Shown piece by piece: positions 49,353 to 56,112 of a stretch of 64,000 bases of DNA. Position 1 is the first letter of the stretch. Every line of letters begins with the position of its first letter. A program made the position numbers and the translations under genes. The notes under the pieces were generated by a model. The model saw only the letters and a program-made list of their open reading frames with translations. It was not told the DNA's origin and ran no database searches. Source of the stretch: Bacillota bacterium (GTDB lineage Bacteria > Bacillota > Dehalobacteriia > UBA4068 > UBA4997); the NCBI GenBank assembly GCA_021769035.1, contig JAETTP010000001.1, forward strand, positions 35,408-99,407, written 5' to 3'.

Positions 49353-50468
49353 TTGGACAGCCTGTTGCTGCGTAACTTCCGCAATTATGAGGAATGTTCG
49401 CTGCAATTTCATCCCAAGCTGAATGTGATAATCGGCGATAATGCGCAGGGCAAAACCAATTTGTTGGAGGCTATCTCCTATTTGAGTTTGGGCTCCTCCT
49501 TTCGTGGCCAGCCTAATGATAAGATTAAACGTTGGGACAGTGATTTCTTCTTTTTGCGGGCCAACTACCAAAACCAGCTGGGCCCGCACAGCCTTTCTGT
49601 CGGTTTTCAAAAGCGGGAACGGATTTGGAAAAAGGACGAACAGCCTTGCAGCCGGCTCAGCGAGATTGTGGGCCAGCTGCATACTGTGGTTTTTAGCCCG
49701 GAGGATTTGAAGCTGGTGCAGAGCGGGCCGGACAAGCGGCGCGCCTTTTTGGATAGGGAAATGGTGCAGCTGCTGCGCGGCTATCATATTTATTTGAATA
49801 ATTACAAAAGGGCCTTGGTGCAGCGTAATAATTTGTTGAAGCAAATGCCGCCGGATTTGCTGTTTAGCTCCGCCGGCGACGAGCAGCTGGCAATTTGGGA
49901 GGAACAGCTGGCCATCAATGGGGCAGAGATTGTGCGGCGGCGCAGTTTTACCTTGCAGGCCCTGAATGAGATTTGTCAACAACTGCATTCGGAACTGACC
50001 GGCGGCCGGGAGCGTTTGCGCCTGGCCTATAGCTGTGCCTGGGCGGAGGCGGCCGGCTTGCCGGCGGCCAAGCTGGCTGATTTGCTGCGTCAAAGCTACG
50101 TCCAGGGCCGGCGGGAGGATAAGCAACGCCGTTTAACATTGCTGGGGCCGCACCGAGATGATTTTGCTATTTATATTAACGAGGTGGACGGCCGTACCTT
50201 TGGCAGCCAGGGGCAGCAGCGCACGGCGGCCCTAGCTTTGAAGCTTTCTGAGCTGGAATTGGTGCATAAGCTTTCCGGCTACTATCCATTGCTGTTGCTG
50301 GACGATGTTTTTTCCGAGCTGGACAGCAGCCGGCGGCAGGCTTTGCTGAGCCTGATGTTGAACAAGGCGCAGATTTTCATTACTTGCACAGAAATTGCCA
50401 GTGATTTGCGTGGGCTTAATCCGGCTGATTATCAGCTTTTTAAGGTTCAGGCCGGCAGTATAAAATAA
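49353..50468 (+). CDS. recF: DNA replication and repair protein RecF
   Basis: LLLRNFRNY, GDNAQGKTNLLEA Walker A, SMC-like signature. TTG start. Confidence 0.9.
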   Translation: MDSLLLRNFRNYEECSLQFHPKLNVIIGDNAQGKTNLLEAISYLSLGSSFRGQPNDKIKRWDSDFFFLRANYQNQLGPHSLSVGFQKRERIWKKDEQPCSRLSEIVGQLHTVVFSPEDLKLVQSGPDKRRAFLDREMVQLLRGYHIYLNNYKRALVQRNNLLKQMPPDLLFSSAGDEQLAIWEEQLAINGAEIVRRRSFTLQALNEICQQLHSELTGGRERLRLAYSCAWAEAAGLPAAKLADLLRQSYVQGRREDKQRRLTLLGPHRDDFAIYINEVDGRTFGSQGQQRTAALALKLSELELVHKLSGYYPLLLLDDVFSELDSSRRQALLSLMLNKAQIFITCTEIASDLRGLNPADYQLFKVQAGSIK

Positions 50469-50514
50469 ATTTGGGCTGAAATATAATAAATAATAAAATT
50501 AAGGTAATATTGTA

Positions 50515-51309
50515 ATGCAGAATTTGGATAAGATTAAGCAGGCGGAAATTGCCGTTTACGATTCCGGCGTGGGCGGTATCAGCTTTTTGCCCACAGCTTG
50601 CAGTTTGCTGCCGGCGGAGCGTTTCGTCTACTATGGCGATTTGGCTAACGCGCCTTACGGCGACCGCAGCCAGGCTTTTATTATTAATCGGGCCAGGGAG
50701 ATTGTGGCTTTTTTCCGCCAGCGTGGGGTTAAGGCTTTGGTGATTGCCTGCAACACGGCCACCAGCGCGGCGGCGGCCACTTTGCGGGCGGAGAACCCCG
50801 ACCTGCCGATTTTTGGCATGGAGCCGGCGGTGCATTTGGCTGTTAAGCGCGGCGAAAAGAAAATTATTATGCTGGCTACGGAGTTGACAGCCAACGGTGA
50901 AAAGCTGCGCCGGCTTTTAAGCGCGGAGGCCGGGGCGGCGGAAATTGTAACCATTGCTTGCCCCGGTTTGATGGAGTTGATTGAAACCAATTTGGTTAAG
51001 GGTGAAACGGCGGCGATTAAGGAATATTTGCAGGCTAAGCTTTTGCCGCAGGTGACGGACGGCTGCGCCGTGGTGCTTGGCTGCACGCATTATATTTTTT
51101 TGCGCGGTTTGCTGCCGCGGCTTTTTCCTGGTTTGCGCCTTTACGACGGCAATTTTGGCACAGCGCAAAATTTGCGCCATCGTTTGGCGCAGGCCGGCTT
51201 GCTGTGCCCGGAGGAGGGGCAGGCTATGGTTGGGGAAATTCCCTGCTTTGGTTTGCCGCCGGAAAAGTTTGCCGCTTATCTGAAGCTGGCCAGTTCATTG
51301 GAATATTAA
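50515..51309 (+). CDS. murI: glutamate racemase
   Basis: YDSGVGGIS, VIACNTAT, LGCTHY motifs. Confidence 0.9.
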   Translation: MQNLDKIKQAEIAVYDSGVGGISFLPTACSLLPAERFVYYGDLANAPYGDRSQAFIINRAREIVAFFRQRGVKALVIACNTATSAAAATLRAENPDLPIFGMEPAVHLAVKRGEKKIIMLATELTANGEKLRRLLSAEAGAAEIVTIACPGLMELIETNLVKGETAAIKEYLQAKLLPQVTDGCAVVLGCTHYIFLRGLLPRLFPGLRLYDGNFGTAQNLRHRLAQAGLLCPEEGQAMVGEIPCFGLPPEKFAAYLKLASSLEY

Positions 51310-51315
51310 GCTAAT

Positions 51316-51347
51316 AAAGCCCTCGGAGCGTGTACTCTGAGGGCTTT
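51316..51347. terminator. bidirectional terminator at island boundary
   Basis: aaagccctcggagcgtgtactctgagggcttt. Confidence 0.55.
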
Positions 51348-51359
51348 AATTAAAGATTA

Positions 51360-51686
51360 TTATTTATTTTTTCTTTTCTTGATAATTTTTTCCAGAAAAT
51401 ATTCTGAATATTGGTTGGGATTGTTAATAATCTCGTATGCTGCGATTGCAACCTGAATCCCGTACAAAGCGGCGGTTGTGGTTTTGGCTGAAACGTGGTC
51501 ATTAAAGTTGCGACGAAGTTCCTCTATAGTTTCATTTGAAACTTCTTTTCTCAAGCTGTTTAAGATACTAATAATGTTATCTTGCGTTAAATTAATTACG
51601 GGATTGTTGATTTCAAGTTTTAACCATTCATTCGTTTCCATAATGCTGTTTACTAGGTTAAAGCAAAATTTTGGATTTGTAAGCAT
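51360..51686 (-). CDS. hypothetical 108-aa protein, AT-rich codons, helical; possible HEPN-like Rx4H (RNFNDH)
   Basis: Start at MLTNPK with AGGAGG RBS 8 nt upstream. The ORF-track N-terminal extension MPNPKIRGV... is antisense to the sRNA promoter and is rejected. Confidence 0.5.
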   Translation of the reverse strand: MLTNPKFCFNLVNSIMETNEWLKLEINNPVINLTQDNIISILNSLRKEVSNETIEELRRNFNDHVSAKTTTAALYGIQVAIAAYEIINNPNQYSEYFLEKIIKKRKNK

Positions 51687-51755
51687 AAAAAAACCTCCTA
51701 AAATTTCGTTTGTAAAAGTCTTGCCAAAACAGGAGGTATATGCTATAATATTTAC

Positions 51756-51823
51756 ACCTCTTATTTTGGGGTTGGGCACTCACATTTGCTTTTGTGGGCG
51801 TGGTGGGTGTCCTTTTTTTATTT
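51756..51823 (+). ncRNA. sRNA X1 (promoter-to-terminator unit), convergent with RHH1
   Basis: TTGCCA(51721)-17-TATAAT(51744). Hairpin gggcactcac...gtgggtgtcc plus U9. No ORF. Confidence 0.4.
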
Positions 51824-51991
51824 GCTGAGTTCTTCGTCTACTTTTTCGTTTAACCAATCAGCTTTGGTTCTACCTTGAATTCTAAGTTTTGCTTCTAATG
51901 CTTCAACTTTTTCTCTTTTAAGCATTACGTTAAACTGTTTCATAGTTTTGCGTCTTTCACGAAAATACTCAGCTCTACTTTTTACGGCCAA
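51818..51991 (-). CDS. ribbon-helix-helix (CopG/ParD-like) small DNA-binding protein RHH1
   Basis: TTG start with AAAGGAGG RBS 7 nt upstream. ...KQFNVMLKREKVEALEAKLRIQGRTKADWLNEKV has beta-strand then two helices. Own minus-strand promoter TTGACA-17-TATAAT (52048-52019). Not in ORF track. Confidence 0.5.
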   Translation of the reverse strand: MAVKSRAEYFRERRKTMKQFNVMLKREKVEALEAKLRIQGRTKADWLNEKVDEELSK

Positions 51992-52148
51992 ATCGTCGCC
52001 TCCTTTGGTTGCCTGCTACAATTATATCAAGTTGCAGGCTACTTGTCAATAGGTTTTTGAAAAATTTAGATTGTAAGCATAAAAAACATCCTAAATTTTC
52101 GTTTGTAAAAGTCTTGCCAAAACAGGAGGTATATGCTATAATATTTAC

Positions 52149-52216
52149 ACCTCTTATTTTGGGGTTGGGCACTCACGTTTGCTTTTGCGGGCTTGGTGGG
52201 TGTCCTTTTTTATTTT
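52149..52216 (+). ncRNA. sRNA X2 (near-identical duplicate of X1), convergent with RHH2
   Basis: TTGCCA(52114)-17-TATAAT(52137). Same hairpin plus U-run overlapping the RHH2 stop codon. Confidence 0.4.
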
Positions 52217-52380
52217 TTTAACCTGTTATAGACCTCTTTAATACCTTGGCGAATGATTTCAGATTTTGTCAATCCAGTTTCTTGGACACAAAATTCAAGA
52301 CGTTTTATATCTTCTTCTGATAATCTAATTCGCGTATTTAATATTTTAGGGTCATTGGTTGGACGTCCTTTTGGGGACAA
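52210..52380 (-). CDS. ribbon-helix-helix (CopG/MobC-like) small protein RHH2
   Basis: TTG start after AAAGGAGGTG. (M)SPKGRPTNDPKILNTRIRLSEEDIKRLEFCVQETGLTKSEIIRQGI. Promoter TTGACA-17-TATAAT (52457-52428) overlapped by palindrome GTATCCACA-N14-TGTGGATAC. Confidence 0.6.
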   Translation of the reverse strand: MSPKGRPTNDPKILNTRIRLSEEDIKRLEFCVQETGLTKSEIIRQGIKEVYNRLKK

Positions 52381-52523
52381 GTTTTCACCTCCTTTTAGTA
52401 TCCACAATTATTATATGATATGTGGATACATTTGTCAAGAGGTTTTTGAAAAGTTTAGATTGTAAGCATAAAAAAACCTCCTAAAGTATTGAAATAACCC
52501 TCGGAAGCTGGTATAATAGATTT

Positions 52524-52599
52524 ACCGACCTCTAAAGGTTGTGTGTAATAACAGTATTGCTTGGCTTGTTTAGGGTGTTGCAATACTGTTATTTTTTTT
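52524..52599 (+). ncRNA. sRNA X3, convergent with RHH3
   Basis: TTGAAA(52489)-17-TGgTATAAT(52512). 11-bp stem aacagtattgc/gcaatactgtt plus U8. RHH3 stop lies in the stem. Confidence 0.4.
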
Positions 52600-52762
52600 G
52601 GCTCAAAAGTAAACTTATTCCTTGCCTAATTGCTTCGCCTTTAGTTATATTATTTTCTAAACTGTAAGCTTGCAATTTTTCTTCAGTTTCTAAATCTAGT
52701 CGAATACTGTACCGAATTGTTTTTGGATTATCTACTTTTGGACGACCAGTGCGTGGACTCAA
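52589..52762 (-). CDS. ribbon-helix-helix (CopG/MobC-like) small protein RHH3
   Basis: TTG start after AGGTGA. (M)SPRTGRPKVDNPKTIRYSIRLDLETEEKLQAYSLENNITKGEAIRQGI, paralogous to RHH2. Promoter TTGACT-17-TATAAT (52820-52790). Confidence 0.6.
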   Translation of the reverse strand: MSPRTGRPKVDNPKTIRYSIRLDLETEEKLQAYSLENNITKGEAIRQGISLLLSQKK

Positions 52763-52877
52763 ATCATCACCTACTTTCTGCCACACCATAATTATATAAA
52801 AAGCGTGACAAAAAGTCAATAGTTTTTTTGAAAAAATTCAGATTGACAAAAACAATTTAAAATGCTATAATAATAAA

Positions 52878-52963
52878 AAAGGCACCGTAAGTAAGCGGTT
52901 AGCCTCATCGTTTTGGTGTTATTTTTTAACAACCGTCACTACTGACACTAGTGGCGGTTTTTG
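52878..52963 (+). ncRNA. antisense sRNA X4, putative antitoxin of peptide D2
   Basis: TTGACA(52843)-17-TATAAT(52866). Terminator ccgtcact...agtggcgg plus U5. Overlaps last codons of convergent peptide. Confidence 0.45.
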
Positions 52964-53031
52964 CTATGTCTAAACTTAATCTCAATCGAAATTTTAAAAA
53001 TTCCAATATGAAATATCAGCTTTATTGGCAT
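52948..53031 (-). CDS. 27-aa amphipathic basic-tailed peptide (MPIKLIFHIGIFKISIEIKFRHSKNRH), putative type I toxin D2
   Basis: AAGGAGGTG SD 7 nt before ATG. Anti-SD atcctcc-aaaa-ggaggtg hairpin. Minus-strand promoter TTGACA(53238-53233)-17-TATAAT(53215-53210). ~170-nt 5' UTR carrying the CGCTAAGTG hairpin motif. Confidence 0.5.
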   Translation of the reverse strand: MPIKLIFHIGIFKISIEIKFRHSKNRH

Positions 53032-53308
53032 AGGCCTCACCTCCTTTTGGAGGATATTGACTAACCGTTAAGTGAGCACTTAGCGACTGCCAAGGCCGCA
53101 GGCCGCAGACAGAGCTTAGTGCGAACAAATACCGCAGGTGCAAATAGAATTGTCTGAAAACAAAACTTTGCTCCTGCGGTGCCTACCGTTTGTTACGATG
53201 CCTGTTTAAATTATACAAATTATTGTTCTTATTGTCAAGCTGCGCATAAGTTTTTGCTAACCTAATTTTGCGATTGACAAAAGCGATTTGAAATGCTATA
53301 ATAAAAGC

Positions 53309-53403
53309 ACAAAGAGCCGACTCCTTAAACCGGGTCAGCCATCAGAATTTAACAATTACATAAGTAATAGCCGTTTTTCTTGGTCAGGGCGGCTATTTTT
53401 TTT
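53309..53403 (+). ncRNA. antisense sRNA, family 1, orphan copy D (toxin decayed)
   Basis: TTGACA(53274)-17-TATAAT(53297). Body aagcacaaagagccgactccttaaaccgggtcagcc. Terminator aatagccg...cggctat-U9. Opposite strand 53404-53440 keeps only the 3' half of the toxin ORF (…LVLITFADLILTHCKKK*) with no start. Confidence 0.45.
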
Positions 53404-53508
53404 GCAATGGGTTAATATTAAATCGGCAAACGTTATAAGAACTAATAAAACCGCTACTAAATAGCCCTTAGTAGCGGTTTAGTATTATTTTTTTTGAATG
53501 TCAATATC

Positions 53509-54552
53509 TTAAAAAAGCCAGGCGCGAGCATAGGGCTGCCAATGCCATTCATTCAACAGAGAATCCAAATAGGGGCTGGTGGCGGCTGGCGCAGGATTTG
53601 GGGCTGCCATATTTTGATTAGGCATGGCCATTCTGGAAGCCACCGGCGCATTAACAATTTCGGAAATGGCAGGTGCAGCCGGGGCTACTGGAGCCATTGG
53701 AGCAGTAGCGGCGACGGTTTCTGCTGCTACAGTTGAATTAGCCGGTTGTAGGCTTTGTAATGCCTGTTGAAGGGTTTCGGTGTTCTGCCCGGTTAAAGTG
53801 GACAATATATTCATAATTTGCGGATTGTTGCTGACGTTTTTCAGCATTTGCAGCATTTGCGGATTTTCCTGCAATTCAGCCAGGCTGGTGGGCAAGTGTT
53901 GGTTGCCCAAGCCGGCAAAACCGGCCAGGCTGCTTAAACCGCCCAAGCCGCCTAAACCACCTAAGCCGGGGAAACCGCCTAAACCGCCAAGCCCACCCAA
54001 GCCAGGCAGGCCGCCCAAACCGGGCAGGCCGTTGGCTAAATTGCCCAGGCTGCCTAAATTGCCGCTGGCCAGGCTGCTTAAAAGTTGCAGGGGATTGGTA
54101 TTGGGCTTGCTTAGCAGACTGTTCATCATTTTGGCAAAGGGATTGTTGCTTTGATTAGCCTCTGCTTTAGGCTGAGCTTCCTTTTTTTTCTCATCAGTGA
54201 CTTTATCGCTAACTTCATCACTAACTTCAATAGGGGTGGTTTCAATGATGATGGTAGCCATTTCCGATTCTGTTGGCGTGGTCGATTCAGAAATTGGCTC
54301 TTCATTTGTGGAATTGTTGTTTGCTGGGGTTTCTGCGCTTGCTTCAACCTCAACTGTGGCCTCAGCCTCAGTTTCTGCCTCGGCATTGACTTCAATTTCC
54401 GCTTCAGCGGCTTCTATTGCTTCTTCGGAATCACCAGTTTCAGCCGCTTCTGTTTTGCTGTCTTTCACTTCCAGCTCGCTTAAATGTTGGGCCAGCTGTT
54501 CAAGCGCCTGGCTGGTTTCATACAAACGACTGATTAAATCAGTGTTGCTCAT
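53509..54552 (-). CDS. acidic low-complexity protein with EA/ET-rich N-domain and GLGG-repeat core
   Basis: AAAGAGGTG RBS. Preceded by terminator of upstream gene. Repeats LGGLPGLGGLGGLGGFPGLGGLGGLGGL. Confidence 0.6.
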   Translation of the reverse strand: MSNTDLISRLYETSQALEQLAQHLSELEVKDSKTEAAETGDSEEAIEAAEAEIEVNAEAETEAEATVEVEASAETPANNNSTNEEPISESTTPTESEMATIIIETTPIEVSDEVSDKVTDEKKKEAQPKAEANQSNNPFAKMMNSLLSKPNTNPLQLLSSLASGNLGSLGNLANGLPGLGGLPGLGGLGGLGGFPGLGGLGGLGGLSSLAGFAGLGNQHLPTSLAELQENPQMLQMLKNVSNNPQIMNILSTLTGQNTETLQQALQSLQPANSTVAAETVAATAPMAPVAPAAPAISEIVNAPVASRMAMPNQNMAAPNPAPAATSPYLDSLLNEWHWQPYARAWLF

Positions 54553-54613
54553 TTCTTCACCTCTTTCTTTAATAAAAGGCCGGTCTTAAGGATAAGGCCG
54601 GCCTTAGCGGGAT

Positions 54614-54958
54614 TTAGTTGTTGTTGCAGCCGCAACCGCAGTTCCAGTTGCAAACAAGGCCCAGGATGCTTTGCAGAATGGTCAGAGTAACCACAATGTT
54701 CACCCAATCGCCAATGAAGTTGTAGGCAGCGTTGCCCAGGTTGGAACCATAGTTGTTGCCGCAGCCACAACCGCATCCACAGCCGTTCCAGTTTCCGCAG
54801 CTGTTGCAGCCATTGTTGCAACCGCAGGAATTACAGCCGCAGGTGTTGCAACCGCAGGTGCTGTTCCCACAGGTCATTGGGGTGTTGTAGGTTACGGTTG
54901 GCATTGTGCCGCAGGAATTACAACCGCAGCTGTTGCCATAGATGGAATTTAAGAGCAT
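54614..54958 (-). CDS. Cys-rich protein with CGCNSCG repeats
   Basis: AAGGAGGT RBS. ~30% Cys/Gly/Asn in C-G-C-N-x-C-G units. Hydrophobic C-terminal segment. Confidence 0.55.
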   Translation of the reverse strand: MLLNSIYGNSCGCNSCGTMPTVTYNTPMTCGNSTCGCNTCGCNSCGCNNGCNSCGNWNGCGCGCGCGNNYGSNLGNAAYNFIGDWVNIVVTLTILQSILGLVCNWNCGCGCNNN

Positions 54959-55044
54959 TTTGTTGACCTCCTTTTAATTTTGATATTTATATTTATGAAT
55001 TAACAGGGCTGGTGGTGCAAACTATTTATCAGCCCTGGTTGTTG

Positions 55045-55338
55045 TTATTGCCCGGTGCAGGGTGTGAAAGCTTCTTCATCGTCGCAGGGGCGGCAGGTGC
55101 AGCAGACGTTGCCGGTGAAGCTGACGCCGCCTAGCGGCCAACGCCGGCCAAAAATTCCCCAACCGCCCATAGGAGTGAAGCAGCGGTTATCATGGCAGGT
55201 GCAGATGAAGTTTCTTTCCTCGCCGTTACATTGGGGAACACTACAGATGAAGGTTTCTTCCTCGCTATTACACGGAGAAAAACAACAGGGGCAATTTCTC
55301 CTCCCGGAGCAATTACAAAAATTATTACAGCAGGCCAT
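55045..55338 (-). CDS. Cys-rich protein (97 aa, ~20 Cys)
   Basis: Start at MACCNNFCNC with AAGGAGGG RBS 7 nt upstream. Terminator hairpin cagggctg...cagccctg follows. Confidence 0.55.
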   Translation of the reverse strand: MACCNNFCNCSGRRNCPCCFSPCNSEEETFICSVPQCNGEERNFICTCHDNRCFTPMGGWGIFGRRWPLGGVSFTGNVCCTCRPCDDEEAFTPCTGQ

Positions 55339-55487
55339 ATTAAGCCCTCCTTTTTTATGTTCAGCTTTGCGCTTTACATTTGTTTTATAGTACAAGATAT
55401 GCAGTTGTAACGGGGGCGGTGCTTGTCTGCCGGATTTGGCTTGTTTTGTTTTAAATTTTTCCTTAGGTATTGAAGCGAGAAAAAAAA

Positions 55488-55845
55488 TGTGGTATAATGT
55501 GAGTACTCAGTGAAATCAAGCCGCAGGCGATGATTGAACTGTAGTCGAACAAATACCATAGTGCAATCTGTTGTGATAAGGTGAGATAACCTTGTTTCTA
55601 TGGTATAATGTGAGTACTCAGTGAAATCAAGCCGCAGGCGATGATTGAACTGTAGTCGAACAAATACCATAGTGCAATCTGTTGTGATAAGGTGAGATAA
55701 CCTTGTTCCTATGGTATAATGTGAGTACTCAGTGAAATCAAGCCGCAGGCGATGATTGAACTGTAGTTGAACAAATACCATAGTGCAATCTGTTGTGATA
55801 AGGTGAGATAACCTTGTTCCTATGGTATAATAATATAATATTAAG
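55488..55845 (+). repeat. 111-bp tandem direct repeat, 3 full and 1 partial copies, each with an extended -10 promoter and a TGAGTACTCA palindrome
   Basis: TATAAT at 55493, 55604, 55715 and 55826 (period exactly 111). Copies differ at 1-2 positions. First copy has -35 TTGAAG. Confidence 0.9.
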
Positions 55846-55886
55846 GAAATAAAAGCTCGATTTGATTAATTTAAGGAGGCATAACC

Positions 55887-56024
55887 ATGAAGCATATTCA
55901 AGTTGTAATTGCCGGGAAATTGCAGGAAACTGCTAAAAACGGCGGCTGCGGCAGCTGCCAAAGCTCCTGTCAGTCGGCATGCAAGACCTCTTGCACTGTT
56001 GGCAATCAGGCCTGCGAGAAATAA
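55887..56024 (+). CDS. SCIFF (six-Cys-in-forty-five) ranthipeptide precursor
   Basis: 45 aa MKHIQVVIAGKLQETAKNGGCGSCQSSCQSACKTSCTVGNQACEK with exactly six Cys in the canonical spacing. GGAGG RBS. Confidence 0.85.
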   Translation: MKHIQVVIAGKLQETAKNGGCGSCQSSCQSACKTSCTVGNQACEK

Positions 56025-56034
56025 TCGCTGGCTA

Positions 56035-56075
56035 TTCCGCAAAAAGGGGCGCTTTTGAACAGCGCCCCTTTCTTA
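56035..56075 (+). terminator. attenuator/terminator hairpin between precursor and maturase
   Basis: aaaaaggggcgcttttgaacagcgcccctttctt. Weak U-run. Confidence 0.4.
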
Positions 56076-56112
56076 TCGGATTAAATTTTGTTTATAAAAG
56101 GAAGTTGATTTT

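Noticed and set aside
51975-52172. 65-aa ORF and the N-terminal extension of 51360..51779 sharing MPNPKIRGVNIIAYTSCFGKTFTNE
   Set aside because: Both are antisense translations of the duplicated sRNA promoter segment. The real genes are RHH1 (TTG start, different frame) and the 108-aa ORF starting at MLTNPK.
55374-55781. 135-aa minus-strand ORF with internally repeated sequence
   Set aside because: It is the translation of the 111-bp tandem DNA repeat. No RBS, and the repeat-unit periodicity is in the DNA, not selected at protein level.
55488-55845. Possible CRISPR array
   Set aside because: Units are 111 bp and essentially identical with no unique spacers. Each contains a promoter -10 and operator palindrome. 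Not CRISPR.
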